In this document: piece by piece, positions 16,781 through 26,876 of the stretch | Numbering within the stretch: position 1 is the first letter of the stretch | Layout of the letters: every line of letters starts with the position of its first letter | NCBI GenBank assembly: GCA_045576095.1 | Contig: JAZNFP010000003.1 | Coordinates: forward strand, 3,993-67,992 | Direction of reading: 5' to 3' | DNA length: 64,000 nt | Source of the DNA: Eubacteriales bacterium | GTDB lineage: Bacteria > Bacillota > Clostridia > Oscillospirales > CAG-272 | The notes under the pieces: generated by a model | Databases searched by the model: none | Seen by the model: only the letters and a program-made list of their open reading frames with translations | What the model was told of the DNA's origin: nothing | Translations under genes and position numbers: made by a program

Positions 16781-16809
16781 ACTATAGCACTCTGAGCGCG
16801 ATTTGTAAA
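16781..16809 (-). promoter_or_regulatory. predicted sigma-A promoter of the aro leader and operon
   Basis: On the minus strand, TTTACA-17 nt-TATAGT. Confidence 0.55.
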
Positions 16810-16866
16810 GTGGTTTTTTTCAAAGTTCACAAAAAATTCATATTTAAAGAGCGGCACGGCACGGAC

Positions 16867-16895
16867 TTTACAAAGGCTTTCCTTTATGATATAAT
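16867..16895 (+). promoter_or_regulatory. predicted sigma-A promoter of yifB/comM
   Basis: TTTACA-17 nt-TATAAT. Confidence 0.55.
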
Positions 16896-16963
16896 TGTGA
16901 ACAAACGGCAACAGAAAATCAACCCTCCGCGGCGAACAGCCTGCGGAGACTCGGAGGTATGAG

Positions 16964-18508
16964 ATGCTCTCGAAAATTTATTCCGCAGGGCTCGTCGGAA
17001 TCGACGGCTTTGAGGTCACGGTCGAATGCAGCGGCTGGGATCGGATCCCCACCTTCGAGCTCGTCGGTCTTCCCGATGCGGCGGTGAAGGAAGCCAAGGA
17101 GCGCGTGCGCGCCGCCTGCGAAAACACGGGGATCTTCTTCCCGTCGATGGAGCTTTGCGTCAATCTGGCGCCCGCAAGTCTGAAAAAGGAGGGCTCGTCC
17201 TTTGATCTCGCCATCCTTGCCGGTATCCTGCAATGCGACGGAAAAATTCCGCGCTCGCTCTCCTTTGAGGACAAGTGTCTGATCGGCGAGCTTTCGCTCT
17301 CGGGCGAGCTGCGCGCCGTGGACGGCGTGCTTCCGATGAGCCTTGCCGCCAAGGCGGCGGGACGGCGCGAGCTTTTCGTTCCGATTGAAAACGCCAAGGA
17401 GGCGGCGGTTGCCTCGGGCATCACGGTGTACGGCGTTGGCCACGTGCGCGATCTTTTGCTCCATCTCCGAGGAGAACGGAGGCTCGAGCCGACGACCTTT
17501 GACGTTTCGACCTTCCGCGCCTGTCCGAGCAAGACCGCCCCCGATTTCTCCGAGGTACGAGGGCAAGCAAGGGCAAAGCGCGCGATGGAAATCGCCGCGG
17601 CAGGCGGGCACAACGTCCTTTTGATCGGGCCGCCCGGCTCGGGCAAGTCCATGCTTGCAAAGCGCCTGCCGAGCATCCTTCCCGATCTCACCTTTGATGA
17701 GGCGATTGAGATCACGAAGGTGCATTCGGTCTTGGGGCTGGTCCGTCGGGAAAACCTCGTCACGAGCCGACCCTTCCGCTCTCCGCACCATACGGTCAGC
17801 CCTGCCGGCATGATCGGCGGCGGCAGCTATCCGCAGCCGGGCGAAATTTCGCTCTCGCATCACGGCGTTCTCTTTCTCGACGAGCTCCCCGAATTTCCGA
17901 AGCAAATCACCGAGGCGCTCCGCCAGCCGCTTGAGGACGGCTGCGTAACCGTCACGCGCGCGCGGCAAAAGGTGACCTACCCCTCGTCGTTCATGCTTGT
18001 TTGCGCCATGAACCCCTGCCGATGCGGCTACTACGGAGACCCCTCGCGCGAATGCACCTGCACACCCGAGTCGGTCAGACGCTATCTCTCACGCATCAGC
18101 GGTCCTCTGCTTGACCGCATTGATATTCAGGTTGAGGTCCCTGCCGTCAGCTACGACGAGCTCAGCGCCCCGCCCTCGGACGAGGAGCGCTCCGAGACCG
18201 TCAAGGCGCGTGCCGATGCCGCAAGGCGCTTTTCGGCAAGGCGCGCCGAGCAGCTCGGCGAGACGGCAACGCCGAACGCGCGCCTCACCTCGGCACAGCT
18301 GCGCCGTCATTGCAGACTCGACAGCGGCGCCGAGGCGGTTCTTCGCTCGGCATTCGAGGAGCTCGGTATGTCGGCACGCGGACACGACAGGATCCTGCGC
18401 GTGGCACGAACGATCGCCGATCTTGCAGAAAGCGAGCTGATCTCGGCAAGGCATATTGCCGAGGCGATCGGACTCCGCTCGCTGGATCGCAAATATTTTG
18501 CTCATTAA
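16964..18508 (+). CDS. yifB: YifB/ComM family Mg-chelatase-like AAA+ ATPase
   Basis: [23 protein letters not shown]..., Walker [24 protein letters not shown], and a C-terminal ChlI-like region. Confidence 0.9.
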   Translation: MLSKIYSAGLVGIDGFEVTVECSGWDRIPTFELVGLPDAAVKEAKERVRAACENTGIFFPSMELCVNLAPASLKKEGSSFDLAILAGILQCDGKIPRSLSFEDKCLIGELSLSGELRAVDGVLPMSLAAKAAGRRELFVPIENAKEAAVASGITVYGVGHVRDLLLHLRGERRLEPTTFDVSTFRACPSKTAPDFSEVRGQARAKRAMEIAAAGGHNVLLIGPPGSGKSMLAKRLPSILPDLTFDEAIEITKVHSVLGLVRRENLVTSRPFRSPHHTVSPAGMIGGGSYPQPGEISLSHHGVLFLDELPEFPKQITEALRQPLEDGCVTVTRARQKVTYPSSFMLVCAMNPCRCGYYGDPSRECTCTPESVRRYLSRISGPLLDRIDIQVEVPAVSYDELSAPPSDEERSETVKARADAARRFSARRAEQLGETATPNARLTSAQLRRHCRLDSGAEAVLRSAFEELGMSARGHDRILRVARTIADLAESELISARHIAEAIGLRSLDRKYFAH

Positions 18509-18512
18509 ATTC

Positions 18513-18577
18513 AAAGAGCGGCTCTTTCACGCGACGTCCTCACGGACGATTCACGAAAAAGAGCCGCTCTTTTTTGG
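18513..18577. terminator. long-range hairpin terminator between convergent yifB and the his operon
   Basis: AAAGAGCGGCTCTTT (18513-18527) pairs with AAAGAGCCGCTCTTT (18558-18572). It is followed by TTTTT on the + strand, and the inner CGTCC/GGACG forms a second hairpin. Confidence 0.55.
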
Positions 18578-18595
18578 GTTTCCCTTACCGTCGGC

Positions 18596-19411
18596 TTAAA
18601 GAAGCGAATGCTCACGGAAGGCGTCGCCGAAGCGCTCGTCAACCGAGGTGCAGCCGAGGGCAAGAAGGCGCTCGGCGCTCCCTTCAAAGGCATAGCCGAC
18701 GTTCTCGGGCGTATGGGCGTCGGAGCTGAAAACGAAGCGTGCGCCGAGGTCGAGCGCTGCCGAAATCAATCGGTCCGAGGGATATGCCTCGCTTCGGTAG
18801 CCGCGGGAAATCGCGCCGCTGTTGATCTCCAGACGGGGCGCAACCCGAACGGTTGCGGCAAGGGCGTCGCACGCCGCGCCGTAATAATAGTCCGAGCGCG
18901 TATTGATCGGAGAGCCGAGCTCCTCAAATTTCGTAAGCAGATCGAAATGCCCGACGATCTCGGGGCGAAGCCGCGCCGCCATATCAACGACCGAGGCAAA
19001 ATAAGCATCGATCAACGCGTGCTCGTTCCCCCCGTAGCCGACCGACAGCGCACGAGAAAGCTCCTCGGGACTCAAATCAACGTCGAAAAGACCGCTCGGC
19101 GTGTTAAAATAGTGCACCGAGCCGATCACGTAATCGGCCTCAGAGCGCCGCTCCCCTGCAAGCGCGTCGATCTCAAGACCGATCTGCACCGAGATCCTGT
19201 CGGCATAAAGCGCCTTCAGGCGCCGAAGTTCGGCGAAATACCCCGGCTCGTCGGTCATGCAGTACCGCCTGTCAAAGGGCGTGCAGGCGTGCCCCGAAAT
19301 TCCGACCGTATGATATCCGCGCAGAATCGCGCCGAGAACCGTTTGCTCGGGCGTTCCCTTTCCGTCACAAAAGGCAGTATGCGTGTGCAGGTCCGATTTC
19401 GGAAGCCTCAT
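18596..19411 (-). CDS. hisJ: histidinol-phosphatase, PHP family
   Basis: DLHTHTAFCDGKGTPEQ...GISGH...SDAH. PHP metal-binding motifs. Last gene of the his operon. Confidence 0.8.
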   Translation of the reverse strand: MRLPKSDLHTHTAFCDGKGTPEQTVLGAILRGYHTVGISGHACTPFDRRYCMTDEPGYFAELRRLKALYADRISVQIGLEIDALAGERRSEADYVIGSVHYFNTPSGLFDVDLSPEELSRALSVGYGGNEHALIDAYFASVVDMAARLRPEIVGHFDLLTKFEELGSPINTRSDYYYGAACDALAATVRVAPRLEINSGAISRGYRSEAYPSDRLISAALDLGARFVFSSDAHTPENVGYAFEGSAERLLALGCTSVDERFGDAFREHSLL

Positions 19412-20064
19412 TATTTCATCTTCTCCTGCTTGACCTTGTGATCAACGATCTGCCGCCGCGCCAGCTCCTCGCGGATGTCGTCGGGGGCAATGCCCATCTC
19501 AACCATCAGGACGAGGGCGTGGTAGCAGAGATCGGCAAGCTCGTAAACCGTTTCCTCACGGCTCTCGGCCTTGGCGCCGATGATGACCTCGGTGCATTCC
19601 TCACCGACCTTCTTCAGGATCTTGTCAAGACCCTTTTGGAAGAGGTAGGTGGTGTACGAGCCCTCGGGCATGCTCTCGCGGCGTCCCGAGATCAGACGGT
19701 AGAGATCGTCGACCGTAAAGGGCTTCACCGCCTCTCCCTCGGCAGAGACGATCGGGCGGTGGAAGCAGCTGACGGCACCCGTATGGCAGGCGGGGCCGTC
19801 CTTTTTGACGCGCACGACGAGTGCATCGCCGTCGCAGTCCGCCGTCACGTCAACAACGTGCTGATAATTGCCCGAGGTCTCGCCCTTGAGCCAAAGCTCC
19901 CCTCTCGAGCGGCTGAAAAAGCAGGTGAGGCGCCGCTCAAGCGTGATCTGAAGGCTCTCTCGGTTCATGTACGCGAGAGTCAGGACTTCGCCGGTGTAGG
20001 CATCCTGAACGATGGCGGGGATCAGTCCCTTTTCGTCAAATTTGAGTTCTTCGATATTCAGCAT
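19411..20064 (-). CDS. hisI: bifunctional phosphoribosyl-AMP cyclohydrolase / phosphoribosyl-ATP diphosphatase HisIE
   Basis: [15 protein letters not shown]...[16 protein letters not shown]...CDGDAL...CH, then a HisE tail ([11 protein letters not shown]...[11 protein letters not shown]). The ATG at 20064 has a GGAAAGGA SD. The track start is a GTG at 20088 overlapping the hisF stop. Confidence 0.85.
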   Translation of the reverse strand: MLNIEELKFDEKGLIPAIVQDAYTGEVLTLAYMNRESLQITLERRLTCFFSRSRGELWLKGETSGNYQHVVDVTADCDGDALVVRVKKDGPACHTGAVSCFHRPIVSAEGEAVKPFTVDDLYRLISGRRESMPEGSYTTYLFQKGLDKILKKVGEECTEVIIGAKAESREETVYELADLCYHALVLMVEMGIAPDDIREELARRQIVDHKVKQEKMK

Positions 20065-20084
20065 AACAGCAGTCCTTTCCATTT

Positions 20085-20843
20085 TCACACTCTCACGTTC
20101 ACGCCCTCGGCATGAAGGCGGCTTTTCAGCTCGCGGATTCCCACCTTTTTGTGGTGAAAGATGGACGCCGCAAGCCCCGCATCAACACGGGGGAGCGCGT
20201 TAAAAAGCTTGATAAAATCTTCGATGCAGCCGGCACCTCCCGATGCAACGACGGGGATCGAGACCGCCTCGGAGACAGCACGGAGCATTTCGAGATCAAA
20301 GCCGCGCTTGACTCCGTCGGTGTCGATGCTGTTGAGCACGATCTCGCCCGCGCCCGACGCCTCGCCGCGCCTTGCCCACTCGATTGCCTCAAGCCCCGTA
20401 TCGTCTCGGCCGCCTCTTGCGAACACGCGGAATTCGCCCGAAACGCGCTTAACGTCCATGGACAGGACGACGCACTGATCGCCATAGCGCTTTGCCGCCT
20501 CCGCGATCAGCTCGGGACGGCGGATGGCGCCCGAATTGACGCTCACCTTATCCGCCCCGCTTTTCAGAACGAGATCGAAATCGGAAAGCGAGTTAATCCC
20601 GCCGCCAACCGTCAGGGGGATGAAGATCTCACTCGCCACGCGGCGGAGAATGTCAGTAAAGATGCCACGCCCCTCGGCAGATGCCGTTATATCGTAGAAA
20701 ACGAGCTCGTCGGCTCCCGATTCGTTATAGAAGCGAGCGAGCGCAACGGGATCCTCAACATCGTAAAGCCCCTCGAAATTGGTCCCCTTCACAACGCGCC
20801 CTGCGCGTACGTCAAGGCATGGAATGATTCTCTTTGCAAGCAT
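20085..20843 (-). CDS. hisF: imidazole glycerol phosphate synthase, cyclase subunit
   Basis: [12 protein letters not shown]...[13 protein letters not shown]...LTVGGGI...ASGGAG. Confidence 0.95.
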   Translation of the reverse strand: MLAKRIIPCLDVRAGRVVKGTNFEGLYDVEDPVALARFYNESGADELVFYDITASAEGRGIFTDILRRVASEIFIPLTVGGGINSLSDFDLVLKSGADKVSVNSGAIRRPELIAEAAKRYGDQCVVLSMDVKRVSGEFRVFARGGRDDTGLEAIEWARRGEASGAGEIVLNSIDTDGVKRGFDLEMLRAVSEAVSIPVVASGGAGCIEDFIKLFNALPRVDAGLAASIFHHKKVGIRELKSRLHAEGVNVRV

Positions 20844-20848
20844 TGTCG

Positions 20849-21565
20849 TTATTCCCCTGCCTCTCTGAGCGCATCCTCCAGTCGGATTGCGCCGGTATAG
20901 ATGGATTTTCCCAAAATCGCACCGTAAACCCCCATCTCGGAAAGGGCTTTGATCTCACCGAGAGAGGAAATGCCGCCCGATGCGATCACGTTCAGTCCGC
21001 GGAGCTCCCCGAGCCTTCGGTAGGCGGGGAGATTGGTTCCCTGCATCGCACCGTCGCAGGCAATATCGGTATAGATCACGGTCGAGATGCCCCGACCGTA
21101 CATTTCACGGCAGAATTCAAAGGAATCGACCTCGCTGACCGAAAGCCAGCCGTGTGTCGCAACGCGGCCATCCTTGGCGTCAACCCCAACGGCAACGGCG
21201 TCGCCGAAGCGGCGCGCGGCGCGCTCTGCAAAATCGGGATTCTCAAGTGCCGCCGTTCCCAAAATAACGCGTCCGGCACCGATCTCCAGGTATCGCGCAA
21301 TCCGCTCCTCGTCGCGGATTCCTCCGCCGACCTCAACGAACAGGCCCGAGGCGGCGATCATCCGACCGATCAAATCAAAGTTGGCAAGCGTTCCGTCCTT
21401 GGCGCCGTCGAGATCGACGATATGCATACACGCGGCACCCGCCCGGCGAAAGGAGACGGCAACCGAAACCGGATCGCTTGCATAGACCGTCATATCGTCG
21501 TAGTTGCCGCGCAGGAGCCGAACCGCCTGCCCCCCTCGGATATCCACTGCGGGAAAAATTTTCAC
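20849..21565 (-). CDS. hisA: ProFAR isomerase HisA
   Basis: MKIFPAVDIRGGQAVRL..G......HIVDLDGA...GGGIR...SGGISS. GTG start overlaps the hisH stop. Confidence 0.9.
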   Translation of the reverse strand: MKIFPAVDIRGGQAVRLLRGNYDDMTVYASDPVSVAVSFRRAGAACMHIVDLDGAKDGTLANFDLIGRMIAASGLFVEVGGGIRDEERIARYLEIGAGRVILGTAALENPDFAERAARRFGDAVAVGVDAKDGRVATHGWLSVSEVDSFEFCREMYGRGISTVIYTDIACDGAMQGTNLPAYRRLGELRGLNVIASGGISSLGEIKALSEMGVYGAILGKSIYTGAIRLEDALREAGE

Positions 21566-22185
21566 GATACCCCTCCCTTCAGCTCACAGAAGGCACGAAG
21601 GATCGAAAGCCCGACCTCGCCGCTTTTCTCGGGGTGAAACTGCGTGCCGTGGACGTTGCCGCACGATACCGCGCCAACGATCTCGCATCCGTACTCCGAG
21701 GTCGCGCAAACGGCATCCCCTGCGCCGCGCGCACAAAAGGAATGCACGTAGTATACGTAATCTCCCTCTCGGACGTAACGCAGGATCGGCGAGGGTCGGC
21801 GAATCGCAAGGCTGTTCCAGCCCATATGCGGAATCTTGTAGGGGAAGTCCCCCTCCTCGTCGATTCTTCGCACCTCTCCCCGAAGCAGTCCGAGCCCTCG
21901 GTGCTCTCCGTACTCCAGGCTTCTCTCAAAAAGCAGCTGCATCCCAAGGCAGATGCCGAGAAGCGGAATTCCTTTCTCCACCGCCGCATACAGAACCTCG
22001 GCAAGTCCCGAGGAAAAAAGCCGCTCGGCGGCGTCTCCGAAGGCACCGACCCCCGGCAGAATGATCCGATCCGCCGAAAGGAGTCTTGCGGGATCTGCCG
22101 TCACGACCGCCTCCTCGCCGACCCGACGAAGCGAGCCGACGAGAGAGGAGAGGTTTCCGACGCCGTAATCAACGACACAGGTCAT
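21562..22185 (-). CDS. hisH: imidazole glycerol phosphate synthase, glutamine amidotransferase subunit
   Basis: From the ATG at 22185: MTCVVDYGVGNLSSL...LPGVGAFG...GICLGMQLL...QFHPEKS. The track ORF has a 32-aa extension. Confidence 0.9.
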   Translation of the reverse strand: MTCVVDYGVGNLSSLVGSLRRVGEEAVVTADPARLLSADRIILPGVGAFGDAAERLFSSGLAEVLYAAVEKGIPLLGICLGMQLLFERSLEYGEHRGLGLLRGEVRRIDEEGDFPYKIPHMGWNSLAIRRPSPILRYVREGDYVYYVHSFCARGAGDAVCATSEYGCEIVGAVSCGNVHGTQFHPEKSGEVGLSILRAFCELKGGVS

Positions 22186-22772
22186 CAGAGGACCCCCTTC
22201 GTCGAGGGAAGCGCCCCGCGGTTGCGAGGATCGATCTCGACGGCATCGCGCAAAGCCCGCGCAAGGCATTTGAAGATGCACTCAATGATGTGGTGCGTAT
22301 TACGGCCGGCAAGCTGACGGACGTGCAGCGTCACCCCCGCGCTCCGCGAGAAGGCGGAAAGGAACTCCTCGACGAGCTCGGTATCAAACTCCCCGACGCG
22401 TGCCGAGGGCAGCTCGACCTCGTAGCCGAGGTATCCGCGCCCCGAGAGATCAATCGCCACGAGAATCAGCGCCTCGTCCATCGGCAGGATCCGATCGCCG
22501 TAGCGGCGGATGCCGATCTTGTCGCCGAGCGCCTCTCTCAAGGCCTCACCGAGGCAAATGCCGATATCCTCCGCCGAATGATGGCAATCGACGTCAAGAT
22601 CGCCCTTGCAGGACAGCGTCAGATCAAACGAGCCGTGCCTTGCAAAGAGCGCGAGCATATGGTTCAGAAAGCCGATTCCGCTCGCCAGGCTGTATCTGCC
22701 GCTTCCGTCAAGCGAAAGCGAAAGCTTGATTTCGGTTTCTCCCGTTTTTCTTTCAATATTCGATACTCTCAT
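22185..22772 (-). CDS. hisB: imidazoleglycerol-phosphate dehydratase
   Basis: RKTGETEI...GIGFLNHML...DCHHSAEDIGI...GRNTHHIIE. Confidence 0.95.
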   Translation of the reverse strand: MRVSNIERKTGETEIKLSLSLDGSGRYSLASGIGFLNHMLALFARHGSFDLTLSCKGDLDVDCHHSAEDIGICLGEALREALGDKIGIRRYGDRILPMDEALILVAIDLSGRGYLGYEVELPSARVGEFDTELVEEFLSAFSRSAGVTLHVRQLAGRNTHHIIECIFKCLARALRDAVEIDPRNRGALPSTKGVL

Positions 22773-22776
22773 ACCG

Positions 22777-23841
22777 TCAACCTCCGACGATTTCTTTGAG
22801 CTGTGAGATCAGATATGCCATGTCGGCCTCGCTCCCAACCGTAATGCGTGCATAGTCGCTTATCCGCTCGTCCCTGAAATGACGGACGATGATGCCCCTC
22901 TCACGCAGAGCGGCAGCGAGCGTCTCACCCGAAATTTTGGGATGGCGCGCCAAAATAAAGTTCGCTCGGCTCGGCGGAAATTCAAAGCCGAGCTCGGCAA
23001 GAGCCGCCTTCGTGCTCTCGCGCACGCGCATGATCTCGTGCCGCGTCTGTTCAAAATAAGCGGTGTCCGAGATCGCCTCGGCGCCCGCAAGCAGGCTCAG
23101 GCGATTGACGTTGTAGGGATTGAAGCTGTTGCGAACCGTCTCAAGATCGGCAACAAGCGACGGCGCACCGATCGCAAAGCCGATGCGCGCCCCCGCAAGC
23201 GAGCGAGATTTCGAGAAGGTCTGCACGACGAGCAGATTGTCGTATTGCCGGGTCAGCGCAACCGCGCTCTCGGCACCGAAATCAACGTACGCCTCGTCGA
23301 TGACAACGAGTCGCTCGGGATCCGCCGAAACGATCCGCTCGATCTCGCAAAGAGGAAGCGCTACTCCGGTCTGGGCGTTGGGGTTGGCAAGCACGACGGT
23401 CTCGCGCCCCGAAAGGAAGGCCTCGACGTCCACCGAAAAATCCTCTCGGAGAGGACGAACCTTCATCGGAATGCCGTAAAGCCCCGACAGCACGGGGTAA
23501 AAGCCGTAGGTAACGTCGGGCGTCTGCATCCCGATCTCGCGGTCGCAGAAGGCGTCGAGTGCAAAGGCAAGGATCTCGTCCGAGCCGTTGGAGCAAACGA
23601 CAGAAGCCGGCGAAATTCCGAAATGCTCGGCGATCGCACAGCGAAGCCCCTCTGCCGTGGGATCGGAATAGAGCCCGAGACGCTCGGTTTCCTTACCGTT
23701 TATTGCCGCCAAAACGCGGGGCGAGGGGGGAAAGGGCGACTCGTTGGTGTTGAGCTTAATCAGCCGCCTGACCGATTTCGGCTGCTCTCCCGGAACGTAC
23801 GGTACGAGGGCCTTGAGTCCCTGTCGGAGAAAGCGGCTCAT
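22777..23841 (-). CDS. hisC: histidinol-phosphate aminotransferase
   Basis: KLNTNESPFPPSP...IDEAYVDF...QTFSKSRSLAG.R.G. Confidence 0.9.
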   Translation of the reverse strand: MSRFLRQGLKALVPYVPGEQPKSVRRLIKLNTNESPFPPSPRVLAAINGKETERLGLYSDPTAEGLRCAIAEHFGISPASVVCSNGSDEILAFALDAFCDREIGMQTPDVTYGFYPVLSGLYGIPMKVRPLREDFSVDVEAFLSGRETVVLANPNAQTGVALPLCEIERIVSADPERLVVIDEAYVDFGAESAVALTRQYDNLLVVQTFSKSRSLAGARIGFAIGAPSLVADLETVRNSFNPYNVNRLSLLAGAEAISDTAYFEQTRHEIMRVRESTKAALAELGFEFPPSRANFILARHPKISGETLAAALRERGIIVRHFRDERISDYARITVGSEADMAYLISQLKEIVGG

Positions 23842-25133
23842 TTCGTCTCGCCCTCCCCGTCGGCAAAGCGGATGAGCGCGGCGCGGGCGTGCGCCGAAAG
23901 TCCCTCGCGCTCGGCAAAGTCGGCAACGCGGTCCTTAACGGCGCGAAGCTGCTCCTCGGGATAGTAGAGATAGGAATGCTTTTTCACGAAATCGTCCACC
24001 GAAAGGGGCGAGGAGAAGCGCGCGCTTCCGCTCGTCGGCAGCGTGTGGTTCGTGCCGGCGAGATAGTCGCCGAGCGACTCGGGCGTGTATCGGCCAAGGA
24101 ACACCGAGCCTGCGTTCTTCACCTTTTTGAGCGCCTCAAACGGCTCGGAAAGACAGAGCTCAAGATGCTCGGGAGCGATCCGGTTGCTGATCTCCAGCGC
24201 CTTGTCGATGCTGTCCATCACGATGATTTTGCCGTTAGACTCGATCGAGGCACGGGCGATCTCCTCGCGCGGCAGGCGAGAGAGCTGCTCCTCAAGCTCG
24301 GACGAGACCGCCTCGGCAAGGCTCTCGCTGTCGGTCACGAGCACAGCCGTTGCCAGCTTGTCGTGCTCGGCCTGGGAAAGCAGGTCGGCGGCAACGAAGC
24401 GGGGATCGGCTTCCCCGTCGGCAACGATCAAAATCTCACTCGGCCCCGCGATCATATCAATGCCGACGACGCCGAACACCATTCTCTTGGCGATGGCAAC
24501 GAAGATGTTGCCGGGGCCGACAATCTTATCGACGCGCGGTACGCTCTCGGTACCGTAAGCAAGCGCCCCGATCGCCTGCGCACCGCCGCACTTGAAGATG
24601 CGGTCAACTCCCGCGAGATATGCGGCGGCAAGAATCTCGTCCCTGACGCTTCCGTCGGCGGCAGGGGGGGTTACCATCACGATCTCGCCTACTCCCGCGA
24701 TCTTGGCGGGAACAGCGTTCATCAGAACCGTCGAGGGATAGCTGGCGGTACCGCCCGGCACGTAGATGCCGACGCGGGCAAGCGGCGTAAAGCGCTGCCC
24801 GAGGACGATTCCGCCGTCGCGGCGAAGCTCAAAGTCGTTGCGCTTTTGCGCCGTGTGGAAATAGGCAATGTTATCCTTGGCAATCCGAAGGGTTTTCAGA
24901 AAATCGGCAGGCACGCGCGAAAGCGCCCCCTCGATCTCCTCCCGCGTTACCTCAAGAGAGGCAAGCTTGCAGCGATCGAACCGCTCGCAGTAAGCGAGCA
25001 CCGCCGCATCGCCCCGTTCCCTGACCTCGCCGAGGATCTCGCGAACCGTCTCCTCATACTCTCGCGGATAGTCGTTGATCTCTCGCGAGAGTATGTCGGC
25101 GTCTGCCAAAGCGCCCTTGTATATTTTGATCAT
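23838..25133 (-). CDS. hisD: histidinol dehydrogenase
   Basis: From the ATG at 25133 (MIKIYKG...): VGIYVPGGTASYPSTVLM, AGPSEILIVAD, SQAEHD, GDY.AG.NH.LPT. GAAAGGAAA SD. 36 aa of the track extension are discarded. Confidence 0.9.
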   Translation of the reverse strand: MIKIYKGALADADILSREINDYPREYEETVREILGEVRERGDAAVLAYCERFDRCKLASLEVTREEIEGALSRVPADFLKTLRIAKDNIAYFHTAQKRNDFELRRDGGIVLGQRFTPLARVGIYVPGGTASYPSTVLMNAVPAKIAGVGEIVMVTPPAADGSVRDEILAAAYLAGVDRIFKCGGAQAIGALAYGTESVPRVDKIVGPGNIFVAIAKRMVFGVVGIDMIAGPSEILIVADGEADPRFVAADLLSQAEHDKLATAVLVTDSESLAEAVSSELEEQLSRLPREEIARASIESNGKIIVMDSIDKALEISNRIAPEHLELCLSEPFEALKKVKNAGSVFLGRYTPESLGDYLAGTNHTLPTSGSARFSSPLSVDDFVKKHSYLYYPEEQLRAVKDRVADFAEREGLSAHARAALIRFADGEGETK

Positions 25134-25137
25134 GATC

Positions 25138-25782
25138 TTATTTTCCTTTCCCGACCGAGCCTGGCTCGATCGCCGCCTTGAGCTTTCCCGCAAGCTCTGC
25201 AATCTCGTTGCCCAAAAACTGTCTCGACGAGGGGTTTGCAATCAGTCTGGCGCTGATCGGCAGAATCTCCTCGCAGACGCGCAGACGGTTTTCGCGCAGG
25301 GTGCTTCCCGTCTCGACGATATCGACGATGACGTCCGAAAGCCCGAGCAGCGGCGCGAGCTCGATCGAGCCGTACAGCTTGATGATCTCGATCTCGCGAT
25401 TCTTTTTGGCGTAATGGCGCTTGGCAATCTCGACGAACTTGGTCGCCACGCGAAGCGGTCTCGTCACGTCGTCGCGAAAGCCCTCCTTGGCGGCAACCGC
25501 CATCCGGCAGGAGCCGATCCCAAGATCGAGCAGCTCGTGCACCACGGGCGAATACTCAAGGAGAATATCGCGCCCCGCAACGCCAACGTCCGCCGCGCCG
25601 TTCTCCACGTAGATCGGAACGTCGGACGGCTTGACGAGAAAGTAACGCACGCCGTTCTCCTCGTTTTCAAATACGAGCTTTCGGCTGTCTCCGAGAAGCT
25701 CGGGGCATCCGTATCCGACCGACTCGAGAAGGCGGTATACCTTATCCCCGAGTCTGCCCTTCGGTAATGCAACGCTCAGCAT
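25138..25782 (-). CDS. hisG: ATP phosphoribosyltransferase, short (HisZ-dependent) form
   Basis: 214 aa. LSVALPKGRL...DVGVAGRD...DIVETGSTLREN. Confidence 0.9.
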   Translation of the reverse strand: MLSVALPKGRLGDKVYRLLESVGYGCPELLGDSRKLVFENEENGVRYFLVKPSDVPIYVENGAADVGVAGRDILLEYSPVVHELLDLGIGSCRMAVAAKEGFRDDVTRPLRVATKFVEIAKRHYAKKNREIEIIKLYGSIELAPLLGLSDVIVDIVETGSTLRENRLRVCEEILPISARLIANPSSRQFLGNEIAELAGKLKAAIEPGSVGKGK

Positions 25783-26876
25783 AAGCCATCCTCCCCCATC
25801 CGTTTGATCTCCCGAGCACGAAAGCCCTCGGGCACGCTCCTTGCAATTCGAACCGGTCCCGACGCGCGCAGCGCGGCGGCGGCGCGGCAGACGGCGCTCG
25901 GATCGTCGCTTTCCCGATAGAGGAGCAGGTAGCTTGCATCGTACTCCGCATCCCCGCCGAGGAAATAGCTGAGCTCGTTCAGATACACGGCAAAGCCGAG
26001 CGCCGAGATGCTCTTCCCGAGCTTGGCGGCAAGCCGATCGTAGCGGCCGCCGCTCAAAACCGCCTTCGGAACGCCGTCGATATAGCCCGAAAAGACGATG
26101 CCGTTATAGTATTGGATATCGCTAACCACCGAGAAATCGAGACGAACGCGGTCGCCGTAGCCAAGACGGGCAAGCTCCGAGAAAAGCTGCTCGAGCTCGC
26201 CTGCCGCCGCCTTTGCCTCCTCGCTCGTTGCCAGAACGCGCGCCGCGGCAAGACGGTCGGTATCATTGACGTCAAAGGCGAGCAGCGCCGCAAGCGCCTG
26301 CACGCGATCCTTGGCAACCCCGAGCTCTCCCAGCAAACGAACGAGCTCGTGCGACCCCGCCGTTTTAAAGCATGCGTAAAGCTTCGATGTTGCCGAAGCG
26401 CCGAGTCCGAGCGAGCGGAAAACGGCGTCGAGCAGACCCATATGCGAGACAGCAAGCACCGATCTTTCCGAAATGAGAGACAGGCTCTCCAGCGCAAGCG
26501 AAAGGACCTCGAGCGTTCCGACGGCGTCAACGCCGCCGAGCATCTCCAGACCAACCTGCTCAATCTCGCGGTACTCCTTGGTTTTTTTGTCAAGACGGTA
26601 AACGCTCTCGGCGTAAAAAAGCTTCTCCCCCTCGGTCTCGCTCGCTCCCGTATTCTTAACGATCGAAAGCGTTACGTCGGGCTTGAGCGCAAGAAGACGT
26701 CCGTCAAGTCCGTTAAAGGCAAGCACGTGCTCGCTGACGAGAAAGTTCTTGTTCTCCAGATAAAGCGAATACTCCTCAAACTTCCGCATGCGGAATTTGC
26801 GATAGCCGAGCGACCCGTAAATCGCACAGAGATCTCTCGAAAGCTCCGCCAAATCGTAAGTGCTGTTAAGCTTCAT
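25776..26876 (-). CDS. hisZ: ATP phosphoribosyltransferase regulatory subunit HisZ
   Basis: From the ATG at 26876 (MKLNSTYDLAELSRDLCAIYGSLGYRKFRMRKFEEY...), with a class-II aaRS-like fold pattern (LALKPDVTLSIV, YYNGIVFSGY). The track ORF's upstream 122 aa overlap the regulator gene in another frame. Confidence 0.85.
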   Translation of the reverse strand: MKLNSTYDLAELSRDLCAIYGSLGYRKFRMRKFEEYSLYLENKNFLVSEHVLAFNGLDGRLLALKPDVTLSIVKNTGASETEGEKLFYAESVYRLDKKTKEYREIEQVGLEMLGGVDAVGTLEVLSLALESLSLISERSVLAVSHMGLLDAVFRSLGLGASATSKLYACFKTAGSHELVRLLGELGVAKDRVQALAALLAFDVNDTDRLAAARVLATSEEAKAAAGELEQLFSELARLGYGDRVRLDFSVVSDIQYYNGIVFSGYIDGVPKAVLSGGRYDRLAAKLGKSISALGFAVYLNELSYFLGGDAEYDASYLLLYRESDDPSAVCRAAAALRASGPVRIARSVPEGFRAREIKRMGEDGLC

